Shown here piece after piece: positions 1 through 8,669 of a DNA stretch of 40,685 nucleotides; position 1 is the first letter of the stretch; every line of letters begins with the position of its first letter. This DNA comes from Gemmatimonadaceae bacterium. Its GTDB lineage: Bacteria > Gemmatimonadota > Gemmatimonadetes > Gemmatimonadales > Gemmatimonadaceae. Location: contig DASWQD010000291.1 in NCBI GenBank assembly GCA_036398255.1, positions 1 to 40,685 on the forward strand, in the 5' to 3' direction. The translations under genes and the position numbers were made by a program. The notes under the pieces are model-generated. The model was not told where the DNA came from and did not search any database. It saw only the letters and a program-made list of their open reading frames with translations.

Positions 1-1
1 G

Positions 2-1870
2 TCGGACGGCAGCGGGTGGTGGTGGTGCGTTAGCGGCAGCGCCAACGCCCGTGACGACTGCATCGGACAGTGTTCGCGACCGGATGTCGCGCCGCATGCC
101 AGGCTCGAGGACGAGGTACGATGTGAACTCCGTCGGAATCGCGTACTTCTCGCCGAGCTGTCTTATCTCGTCGTCGATCTCGCGTGAGCCCCCGCTCCGC
201 CGCTTTTCAGCCGCGAGGTATCCGACCCGCTGTGTCGCCCACAGGCGGGCGATGTATGCGTTGTCTCTCGAGGATTCAGGGAAGACGGCGCGAGTAGCCC
301 ACGTCACGGGGCCGTTCGATGTCTGGCCTTCGAAGCGCAGGCGAGCCGATCCGCTGCCGTCATACCGGGTGAGCACCACATAGTCCTGGCCGGCAAACAG
401 GTCTGCCGACGCCGATGGGTGACGCTTGAGAAGGCGCACGCCATCCGCGAAGATCCGGATGTCCGTGACGACCGGACTCGTGAGCCTGCTCGCAACGATC
501 GACACTGCGCGCTCCACTGATTCGTCGGGACGCACGAACTGCGCGGTTCCTCTTCCCTCGACCGCGAGCCTCTCTACGAGCGCTGCATTGAGGTCGGCGC
601 CCACCCCGAACGAGAATATGCGGCGTTCTCCACGGCGGCGGTTCACTCTCGCTGCAATCGCTTCCGGGTTTCGCTCGCCAATGGTCGGCTCGCCGTCCGT
701 GACGAAGAGTACCAGTCCGAGCCGGCCAGATGGCACGTCGCCTTCGAGCGCCGCATCGAGTGCGCCGGAAATGTTGGTCGATCCCGACGCGTCGAGCGAC
801 TCGAGATATCTCGAGCCGTCAGCGACATTCTCTCTCGTCGCACGCACGAAGTCGTCGCGGAAGCTTCGGACTTCCGTCGAGAAATCGATGAGCTTGAACC
901 TGTCGGAAGGACTCAGTGTTGCCAGAACCTGTTTTCCCGCTTCGCGCGCCTGACGGATCTTCACTCCCGACATCGAGCCCGACACGTCGAGCACGAGTGT
1001 CACGTCGCGCGGTGTTGCGCGAGGTGCGACAGCGGGAGGCGATAGCGTGATCAGAGCGAACCCATCCTCGTTTCGGGGGGCATATGCAAGCACCGAGATG
1101 GACGGTTCGTTCGACTTGCGAACTGGAATGAGCAGCGTGACCTCGCTTGCATTTCCTTCAGCCCGAACTTCCCGCCGGCCACCACGGTTGCTCGTCGACA
1201 GCGAATGCGTAGGACTGTATGGGCTCCCATATATCTGGCTTGCCGGATACGTGAGCGTGAACGATGCACGAGGCCTGTCATCGTCCCGGTCACCGGCAAA
1301 GGCGAGCCAGCTCTGCTGGCTCTGCTTCCCCTGGAAGTAATCGACTCTCAGAGCATCGCCTTCCCGTTCCGCCACCATCTGAAAGCGCACCACTACCTTC
1401 TTCTCTTCTCCCGGTGCAATCGGGAAAATGCGCGCGCGGAGCATTCCGTATCCCATCCACTCCACGAGAGCAGGATCTCGCTGGCTGCGCACGATTTCCT
1501 CGTAGATCGCGCGAGCCTGTGCTGCGCTCATTGTCTCGCCGGCCACTAGCTCGCCATTGATGGAAAGCTTGAGGTCCTGAAATGCAGCACCCTTGGGAAG
1601 CGGGAAGATGTAATCCGCCTCTCCAACCCGGCTGCCCCGGTTTACGAAAGTCTCCGTGACTTCATAGCGAAGAACCCGGTCGACCAGGTCCGCCCGGACG
1701 TGGCTCGATTGCTTCACTACCGACGGCCCGCGATCCGGCGGGCACGGGAAACACCGCGCGTTGGGAGGACAGGGCCTCATGACGCAGGGACGTGGAATCA
1801 GTGATCCCTGCGCCTGTGCAACGACAGGAAGCACGATCAGGGAAACGAGCGGAACGAAATAGGAACGCAT
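2..1870 (-). CDS. Secreted VIT + VWA domain protein (inter-alpha-trypsin inhibitor-like); 3' end runs off the window
   Basis: Absent from the ORF track because there is no stop in the window; translated by hand from ATG 1870. Signal peptide MRSYFVPLVSLIVLPVVAQAQ, VIT-like YEVTETFVN..EADYIFPLP..ARAIYEEIVRSQRDPALVE, VWA MIDAS DVSGSM, GSTNI, VTDGEPT, FSFGVG, and a C-terminal TEFTSYLVLE. GAGG upstream. Confidence 0.88.
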   Translation of the reverse strand, partial: MRSYFVPLVSLIVLPVVAQAQGSLIPRPCVMRPCPPNARCFPCPPDRGPSVVKQSSHVRADLVDRVLRYEVTETFVNRGSRVGEADYIFPLPKGAAFQDLKLSINGELVAGETMSAAQARAIYEEIVRSQRDPALVEWMGYGMLRARIFPIAPGEEKKVVVRFQMVAEREGDALRVDYFQGKQSQQSWLAFAGDRDDDRPRASFTLTYPASQIYGSPYSPTHSLSTSNRGGRREVRAEGNASEVTLLIPVRKSNEPSISVLAYAPRNEDGFALITLSPPAVAPRATPRDVTLVLDVSGSMSGVKIRQAREAGKQVLATLSPSDRFKLIDFSTEVRSFRDDFVRATRENVADGSRYLESLDASGSTNISGALDAALEGDVPSGRLGLVLFVTDGEPTIGERNPEAIAARVNRRRGERRIFSFGVGADLNAALVERLAVEGRGTAQFVRPDESVERAVSIVASRLTSPVVTDIRIFADGVRLLKRHPSASADLFAGQDYVVLTRYDGSGSARLRFEGQTSNGPVTWATRAVFPESSRDNAYIARLWATQRVGYLAAEKRRSGGSREIDDEIRQLGEKYAIPTEFTSYLVLEPGMRRDIRSRTLSDAVVTGVGAAANAPPPPAAVR

Positions 1871-1928
1871 CTGAGCCTCGGGTTCTGATACCCGTAGGAC
1901 GCCAGAGGCTCCCGTACTTGCACACGTC

Positions 1929-2825
1929 CTATTCGCTGTCGGGCGGGGTCCTTCTGGTATAGGTCCCGGGCCGTCGAATCACTCGAACCTGAATCAGCTC
2001 GCGATCGGCGCGATTTACGGTTTCTTCGAGGCTCTCGTCCCGCTCTCTGGCAGCCCATCCCAGTGAGAACGAGACGGGCCCGCGCTCCTCGGCCGCCTTT
2101 TCAAGCCGGCGGGCAATTGCCTCCGTCTCGGAGATCTCCGTGTCGAAAAGCGCAACGAGAAATTCGTCGCCCCCCATTCGAAACACCGGCTCCTCCGCGC
2201 GTACGTGGCGCATCAGGAAGCGGCTCATCTTCACGAGAATCGCATCGCCTGCCGCGTGTCCGTGAATGTCGTTGTACTGCTTGAAATGATCGACGTCGAC
2301 GTAGATGCAGCCCCAGCGGTCGCTCGAGCCTCTCGGCTTTGCGTACAGCGTCGCGAGATGTCTCCTGTTGTAGCAGCCGGTGAGCGGGTCTCGGATACTT
2401 TGCTCCAGCAGCTGGGTCTCCAGGGCTTTCCGCGCGGTTATGTCCACGAGAATGCCGTGAAAGATCGGCTCATCTGTCTCGGGGTCGACGTTGACGTACC
2501 ATGTGTCCAGCACGGTGCGCACGCCGCCGTCGGGGCGCGTGATCTGAAGCTCGCGGTCGCGGCTGGATCCTTCGCGCTCGACCAGTGCGACTTCTCTCTT
2601 CCGCACTTCAGCGTCGACGAAGTCACTGACCTTGTAGCTTCTAAGCTCCTCGAGGCTCGCAACTCCGAAGATCTTCAGAAATGCCGCATTGGCGTCGAGG
2701 ATCTCGCCTTTCTCGTTGGTGATGTAGATGCCCTCGCCGAGATTCTGCGCGAATCTCGCGAGCGTCTCAGGGTCGCTGAGGCTTCTGAACCGCGGATGAG
2801 TCGAGCTTTTTGGCGGCATGTCCAT
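1929..2825 (-). CDS. PAS-GGDEF diguanylate cyclase
   Basis: PAS (GIYITNEKGEILDAN...VDITARK), DPLTGCYNRR, DVDHFKQYND.HGH..GD, intact GGDEF. The start may alternatively be ATG 2819. Confidence 0.93.
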   Translation of the reverse strand: MDMPPKSSTHPRFRSLSDPETLARFAQNLGEGIYITNEKGEILDANAAFLKIFGVASLEELRSYKVSDFVDAEVRKREVALVEREGSSRDRELQITRPDGGVRTVLDTWYVNVDPETDEPIFHGILVDITARKALETQLLEQSIRDPLTGCYNRRHLATLYAKPRGSSDRWGCIYVDVDHFKQYNDIHGHAAGDAILVKMSRFLMRHVRAEEPVFRMGGDEFLVALFDTEISETEAIARRLEKAAEERGPVSFSLGWAARERDESLEETVNRADRELIQVRVIRRPGTYTRRTPPDSE

Positions 2826-2828
2826 TGC
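2815..2828 (+). promoter_or_regulatory. Putative sigma-54 -24/-12 promoter of the 65-aa protein
   Basis: GG-CATGTCCATT-GC (GGCATG-N4-TTGC), about 30 nt upstream of ATG 2860. Confidence 0.55.
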
Positions 2829-2859
2829 CCCAGAAGGTATGCCTCAGGGAGGCATAAGT

Positions 2860-3057
2860 ATGGCAGGCAGCGATTCGAAGGAACAGATGGACGAGACCGA
2901 AAAGGACCCAGCCGAACGCTCGGCCGAAACTCACTCGGGAACGCCGAACGCGGTGGATCCGAACGATGAGCGGTCGACGGAGCACAAGAGCGGATATGGT
3001 GGCGAAGGCGGGCGACCGCGAACCAGCTCCGACGAGAGGCAGCGCCTCGACAAGTAG
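2860..3057 (+). CDS. Small hydrophilic, probably disordered protein (65 aa)
   Basis: GGGAGG SD at 2847-2852, ATG 2860, charged/Gly-rich sequence (HKSGYGGEGGRPRTSSD), followed immediately by a terminator hairpin. Confidence 0.72.
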   Translation: MAGSDSKEQMDETEKDPAERSAETHSGTPNAVDPNDERSTEHKSGYGGEGGRPRTSSDERQRLDK

Positions 3058-3087
3058 CTAATCCCGCCCTGTTGGGGATTAGCTTTT
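3056..3087 (+). terminator. Rho-independent terminator
   Basis: AGCTAATCCC-N9-GGGATTAGCT followed by TTT. Confidence 0.7.
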
Positions 3088-3145
3088 CAGCAATGCCAGA
3101 CAGGCCGAATTCCATACTTCGCGGACGATTCCCGGAGCGAGTCGC

Positions 3146-4114
3146 GTGACGCTCGTTTCAGCCGGAATTCACCACGTCACCGGGATTGCCAGCGACCCTC
3201 AGCGCAACCTGAACTTCTATTCCGGGGTGCTGGGGATGCGGCTGGTGAAGCGCACGGTCAACTTCGACGATCCCACGACATACCATTTCTATTTCGCTGA
3301 TTCTCGAGGGTCGCCGGGAAGCATCCTCACGTTCTTTCCCTGGCCCGGCTCACGGCGCGGACGCCAGGGAGCAGGACAGGTTGCCGTTACGTCGTTCTCG
3401 ATTCTCCCCAGCTCCGTTGGATTCTGGATCGAGCGATTCATCCGGCATCACGTCGAGTTCGAACATCCGAAAACTCGTTTCGATGACGAGCGGGTGATTT
3501 CCTTCAAGGATCACGACGGGTTCATGGGCGAGCTGGTTGCCCATCCCGGTGCGGAAGCAGCGATAGGGGGCGGCAGCCCGCTCGTTCCTGCCGAACATTC
3601 CATCCGCGGCATCTACTCGGTGACGCTCTGGCAGGAGAGCTGCGACCTTACCGGAAAGCTCCTCGTCGAGTCGCTCGGCTTCGAGCCGGTGCGTGAGCAG
3701 GCCAGCATCTTTCGCTATGGCGCGAAAGGCCGCGGCCCCGCCTCGATCGTGGATCTGAGATGCGTTCCAGGGTTGTGGTCCGGATCGACGGGTGCGGGTA
3801 CTGTTCATCACGTCGCGTTTCGTGCACCCGATGACGAGGCACAGCTTGCCGTCAGGAACGAGCTGGTGGAGAAGGGCTTCAACGTCACCGCGCAGATCGA
3901 CCGCGACTATTTCCACTCGATCTACTTCCGCGAGCCCGGCGGAGTCCTGTTCGAAGTCGCGACGGATCCCCCTGGATTCACCATTGACGAGCCGCTCGAC
4001 AAGCTCGGACAGTCGCTCAAGCTTCCGTCGTGGCTCGAGACTCGCCGTTTCGAGATCGAGGCACTTCTCCCGAACATTCGTCCGCCAATGGAAATTCCCG
4101 GTCCTAATGCCTGA
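3146..4114 (+). CDS. Ring-cleaving dioxygenase / glyoxalase-VOC family (MhqA/MhqO-like)
   Basis: GIHHVT, RLVKRTVNFDDP..YHFYF, ILTFFPW, GTVHHVAFR, DRDYFHSIYFREPGGVLFEVATDPPGF. Confidence 0.93.
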   Translation: MTLVSAGIHHVTGIASDPQRNLNFYSGVLGMRLVKRTVNFDDPTTYHFYFADSRGSPGSILTFFPWPGSRRGRQGAGQVAVTSFSILPSSVGFWIERFIRHHVEFEHPKTRFDDERVISFKDHDGFMGELVAHPGAEAAIGGGSPLVPAEHSIRGIYSVTLWQESCDLTGKLLVESLGFEPVREQASIFRYGAKGRGPASIVDLRCVPGLWSGSTGAGTVHHVAFRAPDDEAQLAVRNELVEKGFNVTAQIDRDYFHSIYFREPGGVLFEVATDPPGFTIDEPLDKLGQSLKLPSWLETRRFEIEALLPNIRPPMEIPGPNA

Positions 4115-4136
4115 CTTCTTTTCAATGCAGCGACTC

Positions 4137-4285
4137 AAGCTCGGATCAGCACGGAGTCACGGAGGACACGAAGCATTCACGGAGGCCTTTTATGTTACCA
4201 ACAGAGGAACGCAGTTCCGTCGTTTAACAAAAGAAAAACTCCGTGAATGCTCCGTTTCTCCGTGACTCCGTGCTGATCCGAGCTT
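4137..4285. repeat. 149-bp long inverted-repeat element (REP/REPIN/MITE-like) built from CACGGAG units
   Basis: Left arm 4137-4184 AAGCTCGGATCAGCACGGAGTCACGGAGGACACGAAGCATTCACGGAG; right arm 4239-4285 is its near-perfect reverse complement (outer 28 bp perfect). Confidence 0.9.
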
Positions 4286-4317
4286 TAAGTAGCTGCATTA
4301 GCAGACACCCATAGAAA

Positions 4318-6333
4318 ATGCCAACAGAAACTCAACTCGATCTCGACCAACTCTGCATAAACGCGATTCGCGTCCTCTCCATGGATGCGGTACAGAAAGC
4401 AGACTCCGGCCACCCCGGTACTCCGATGGCGCTTGCGCCGCTCGCGTACGTCCTGTGGTCCCGCCACCTGAAGTACAACCCAGCCAATCCGGAGTGGATC
4501 GATCGCGACCGTTTCGTGCTTTCCGCGGGACACGCATCGATGCTCCTCTACAGCGTGCTCTATCTCACCGGCTACGATGTCTCGCTCGACGACATCAAGC
4601 AGTTCCGCCAGTGGGAGAGCAGCACACCCGGCCATCCGGAGTACGGCTACACGCCTGGTGTCGAGACTACTACCGGACCACTCGGCCAGGGTGTTGGGAA
4701 TTCAGTCGGGATGGCGATTGCGGAAGCGCAGCTCGCCGCGCTGTTCAATCGCCCCGGTCACCCTGTCATCGATCACCATACGTATTTCATCGCGAGTGAC
4801 GGCGACATCATGGAAGGCATCTCGCACGAGGCTGCTTCATATGCCGGCCATATGAAGCTCGGAAAGCTCATCGGGTTCTACGATGACAACCACATCACCA
4901 TCGAAGGCGACACGAACCTCACGTTCAGTGATGACACCGCAAAAAGGTTCGAAGCCTACCACTGGCATGTTCAGCGCGTCGAAGATGCGAACGATCTGGA
5001 TGCCCTCGACAAGGCAATTACTGCCGCGAAAGCGGTAACCGATCGGCCGTCTCTGATCGTCGTCCGGTCGCATATCGGCTTTGGCAGCCCGAACAAGATC
5101 GATACTGCCGAAGCGCACGGTTCACCACTGGGAGCGGACGAGATCAAGCTGACCAAAGAAGCGCTCGGCTATCCGTCGCTGGAGCCGTTCTACGTTGCGC
5201 CGGAAGCTCTCGAGAGATGGCGCTCCATAGGCGCACGCGGTGTTGACTTGGAGAAGCAGTGGCAGGACGGGTACGATTCCTACAAGTCAGCACATGCGTC
5301 CGATGCGGGAGAGCTCGAGCGCCGGTTGCGCGGTGAGCTCCTCGATGGATGGGAGGAGCTGATTCCCAGCTTCACCTCGGACAATGGAAGTGTTGCGAGC
5401 AGAGCGGCGTCGGGCACCGTGTTGAATGCGATTGCACCCAAAGTCCCCGAGCTGGTCGGTGGCTCGGCGGATCTGGCTTCCTCGACGAATACAATCGTGA
5501 AGAAAGCGCCGAGCATCACGCCGGATGACCATAGCGGCCGGAATTTCCATTTCGGCATTCGCGAGCACGGAATGGGCGCGGTAATGAACGGAATGTCCGT
5601 GCACGGCGGATTCATTCCGTACGGCGCTACGTTCCTGATTTTTTCTGACTACATGCGACCGGCAGTTCGTCTTGCCTCGATCATGAAGCGTCACGTCATC
5701 TACGTCTACACGCACGATTCCATCGGACTCGGCGAAGACGGTCCGACGCACCAGCCGATCGAGCAGCTCAGCACTCTTCGCGCGATTCCGGAGTTCACCC
5801 TGATTCGTCCGGCTGATGCCTCGGAAACGGCGGAGGCGTGGCGTGCAGCGCTGAAGCACGACGGCCCTGTTGCAATCGTCCTCACACGCCAGAAGCTTGG
5901 GTTCATCGATCGGTCGAAGCACGGATCAGCGAGCGGAGTGGTAAAGGGCGCGTATGTCCTCTCGGATTCCCCGGGCGGTGCGCCTCAGGTCGTGCTGATG
6001 TCGAGTGGGTCCGAAGTGGCGCTGATCATCGAAGCTCAGCAAAAGCTCGAGTCGCAGGGAATTCGCGCACGCGTAGTGAGCATGCCAAGCCATGAGCTCT
6101 TCGCCGCCCAGGACAAGGAGTATCGTGACAGCGTGCTCCCGCCGGGAGTCAAACGCGTTGCAATCGAGGCGTCGCACCCGATGTCGTGGCAGCGATGGGT
6201 CGGCGCGGATGGAGTCGCAATGGGACTTCAGCGCTTCGGCGCGTCAGCTCCCTACAAGGAGCTCTATGAACACCTCGGTCTGACGGTATCGAAAGTTGTC
6301 GAGACTGCGGCCGCGCTCGCACAGACACGATAG
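4318..6333 (+). CDS. tkt: Transketolase
   Basis: [24 protein letters not shown], ThDP motif [24 protein letters not shown]. Confidence 0.98.
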   Translation: MPTETQLDLDQLCINAIRVLSMDAVQKADSGHPGTPMALAPLAYVLWSRHLKYNPANPEWIDRDRFVLSAGHASMLLYSVLYLTGYDVSLDDIKQFRQWESSTPGHPEYGYTPGVETTTGPLGQGVGNSVGMAIAEAQLAALFNRPGHPVIDHHTYFIASDGDIMEGISHEAASYAGHMKLGKLIGFYDDNHITIEGDTNLTFSDDTAKRFEAYHWHVQRVEDANDLDALDKAITAAKAVTDRPSLIVVRSHIGFGSPNKIDTAEAHGSPLGADEIKLTKEALGYPSLEPFYVAPEALERWRSIGARGVDLEKQWQDGYDSYKSAHASDAGELERRLRGELLDGWEELIPSFTSDNGSVASRAASGTVLNAIAPKVPELVGGSADLASSTNTIVKKAPSITPDDHSGRNFHFGIREHGMGAVMNGMSVHGGFIPYGATFLIFSDYMRPAVRLASIMKRHVIYVYTHDSIGLGEDGPTHQPIEQLSTLRAIPEFTLIRPADASETAEAWRAALKHDGPVAIVLTRQKLGFIDRSKHGSASGVVKGAYVLSDSPGGAPQVVLMSSGSEVALIIEAQQKLESQGIRARVVSMPSHELFAAQDKEYRDSVLPPGVKRVAIEASHPMSWQRWVGADGVAMGLQRFGASAPYKELYEHLGLTVSKVVETAAALAQTR

Positions 6334-6959
6334 TGCGCCTGCGCGATATCAGCATCAGCGTTTCCGCTGGAACTCCGGAATGGCCGGGAGACACTCCGTG
6401 GTCATGCGGATGGACGGCGACGATTTCGAACGGAGCAAGCGTCAATCTTTCCAGCGTTACATCGAGCCCGCATGTAGGAACCCATGCCGATGCTCCGCTT
6501 CACGTTCGTGATGGATGGCCGGGATCGCATGAGCTCCCGCTCGAAGCGTTCTACGGTGTCGCGATCGTCATCGACATCAGCGACATGCGCGGTGAGATCG
6601 CATTCGAGCAGCTCCAGCCGCTGCTGCCTGCGTCAGGCCTCGAGAGGCTTCTTCTCAAAACCGGCTGCACCGTTGCAGCCGGGGCGTTTCCGGAAGAGTG
6701 GCCAACCTTGTCCGAATCCTGTGCACGCACGCTGCTGGGCTTCGGGCTTCAGCTTCTCGGAGTCGATGCGCCGTCTGTGGACGCACGCGAGAGCAAGTCG
6801 CTCGCCGTCCACAAAATGTTGTTCGCCGCGAACGCTTTCATCATCGAGAATCTCGATCTCCGCCGCACTCCGGTTGGCCCGTACGAGCTGATCGCGTTTC
6901 CGACAAAGGTGATGGCGCTCGACGCAGCACCGTTGAGGGCCGTGCTCGTCGAGCGCTGA
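6333..6959 (+). CDS. Cyclase family metal hydrolase (kynurenine formamidase KynB-like)
   Basis: HVGTHADAPLH motif, GVDAPSVD, IIENL, AAPLRAVL; GTG start overlaps the tkt stop (TAGTG). Confidence 0.9.
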   Translation: MRLRDISISVSAGTPEWPGDTPWSCGWTATISNGASVNLSSVTSSPHVGTHADAPLHVRDGWPGSHELPLEAFYGVAIVIDISDMRGEIAFEQLQPLLPASGLERLLLKTGCTVAAGAFPEEWPTLSESCARTLLGFGLQLLGVDAPSVDARESKSLAVHKMLFAANAFIIENLDLRRTPVGPYELIAFPTKVMALDAAPLRAVLVER

Positions 6960-6960
6960 C

Positions 6961-8535
6961 CTACCAGCGGCTCCGGGTGCTGCGCCGCCTCGGCGCTCCC
7001 AGCAGCGCTCCCATCAATCCGCGAGTGATCGCGCCTGCAACTGTTCGAGTCACCGGTGACTTCATGATCTGCTCGAATGTGCCCGGTGGCTCTTTCGTTG
7101 TACGCCGCGACTGGGTGCGCGATGCCGGCGCTGGTGCTGGCGCATATGCCGGCCCTGTATCGGTCGGTTGCTGAGAATCAGGTTGTGAAGCTGCCGCGGG
7201 AGCAACCCGCGCTGCAAGTTTTTCTCTCGCGCTCTCCCTGTCGATGTCCTGGGCGTACTTCTTCACCTGCATCGATCGCGCGATTTGCTGATCGATGTCG
7301 GGAAGTGGCGCCATTTTCGATGCGGGCGGAATGAGTCGCGTGGCAAACGGCTGGGTCGGGACACCTTTCGGTGACAGGACGGTGACGAACGCCTCTCCGA
7401 TCCCGAGAGTGGTAAGAGTTTCCTCGACATCATAGAACGCGGTCTTCGGAAACGTGCGTGCTGCTGCCCGAAGCGCTTTGTCGTCGTCCGGCGTAAATGC
7501 TCTCAGAGCATGCTGAACGCGATGACCAAGCTGGCCGAGTACTTCGTCGGGAACGTCTTTGGGGTTCTGGGTGATGAAGTAGACGCCAACTCCTTTCGAG
7601 CGAATCAGTCTCACGACCTGCTGCACCTGGTCGAGCAGAGCCTTGCTGGCATTGTCGAACAGGAGATGTGCTTCGTCGAAGAAGAACGCGAGCTTGGGCT
7701 TGTCGATGTCGCCGACTTCCGGCAACTCGTTGTAGAGCGTCGCGAGAAGCCACAGCATGAACGTGCTGAAGAGCTCCGGCTTGTCCTGAACATCGGCAAG
7801 CTCGAGCACGCTCATCAGGCCGCGGCCGTCCCGCTCCACTTGCATCAGGTCATCGATGTCGAATTCAGGCTCGCCGAAGAATTGTTCAGCGCCCTGTTGC
7901 TCGAGCTCGACCATTTCGCGGAGAAGCACGCCGACAGTTGCCTTCGACATTCCGCCGTATGACTTGAGCTCGTCCGCTCCTTCTCCCGTGAGATACTGAA
8001 GTACTGCGCGAAGATCGGAGAAATCGAGAAGCAGCAGGCCTTTGTCGTCGCAGTATTTGAAAACGAGCGAGAGGACGCTCGCTTGAGTCGGGTTGAGCCC
8101 GAGGACCTTGGCGAGCAGAAGCGGCCCGAATGACGATACCGTCGCCCGCAGCTGTGCGCCTTTTGCGCCAGTGAGACTCAGAAATTCGACAGGAAATCCG
8201 GACCCCTTCCAGTCATATCCGGTCTCTTTTGCCCGAGTCGTGATCCGGTCGCCGCTTTCACCGGGAGCACCGAGCCCGGACAAGTCGCCCTTGATGTCAG
8301 CGACAAATACCGGGACTCCAGCGGCTGATAGTTGCTCGGCGATGAGCTGGAGCGTGCGAGTCTTTCCCGTGCCCGTCGCTCCGGCGATAAGGCCATGCCG
8401 GTTCACCATCGAGATGGGAATTGAAACGAGCGGCGCAGGATCGCACTCACCGTTGTGAATGACTGCGCCCAGTGTCACCGAGTTTGCCGTCGTCGGAAAT
8501 GCGGCGCGCGCCGCGTCCATCACCTTTGAATCCAT
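6961..8535 (-). CDS. HerA-like ATPase, DUF853/YjgR family
   Basis: NRHGLIAGATGTGKT Walker A, DIKGDLSG, FFFDEAHLLF, RLIRSKGVGVYFITQNP, QHALRAFTP. Confidence 0.93.
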   Translation of the reverse strand: MDSKVMDAARAAFPTTANSVTLGAVIHNGECDPAPLVSIPISMVNRHGLIAGATGTGKTRTLQLIAEQLSAAGVPVFVADIKGDLSGLGAPGESGDRITTRAKETGYDWKGSGFPVEFLSLTGAKGAQLRATVSSFGPLLLAKVLGLNPTQASVLSLVFKYCDDKGLLLLDFSDLRAVLQYLTGEGADELKSYGGMSKATVGVLLREMVELEQQGAEQFFGEPEFDIDDLMQVERDGRGLMSVLELADVQDKPELFSTFMLWLLATLYNELPEVGDIDKPKLAFFFDEAHLLFDNASKALLDQVQQVVRLIRSKGVGVYFITQNPKDVPDEVLGQLGHRVQHALRAFTPDDDKALRAAARTFPKTAFYDVEETLTTLGIGEAFVTVLSPKGVPTQPFATRLIPPASKMAPLPDIDQQIARSMQVKKYAQDIDRESAREKLAARVAPAAASQPDSQQPTDTGPAYAPAPAPASRTQSRRTTKEPPGTFEQIMKSPVTRTVAGAITRGLMGALLGAPRRRSTRSRW

Positions 8536-8600
8536 TGTTTATTTGATCCTCGACTTGTTTCCCTGCCTGACAATTCCGCAGCGTGCGGGAGAGTATCATT

Positions 8601-8614
8601 GGCACATCGTATGC
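8601..8614 (+). promoter_or_regulatory. Putative sigma-54 promoter of the FAD/Rieske oxidoreductase
   Basis: tTGGCACATCGTATGC = TGGCAC-N5-aTGC, GG-N10-GC spacing. Confidence 0.55.
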
Positions 8615-8669
8615 GCCATAGCACCCGGCCGCGCACGTCTACTGCAATCATTCTACCGTAATTCAACAC

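Noticed and set aside
4137-4285. CACGGAG repeats as a CRISPR array or a coding ORF (3792..4265)
   Set aside because: The repeats are inverted short units without unique spacers or cas genes; the ORF is a shadow of the dioxygenase
8632-8646. Second sigma-54-like motif CGCACGTCTACTGCA
   Set aside because: It lacks the invariant GG; the upstream TGGCAC copy fits better
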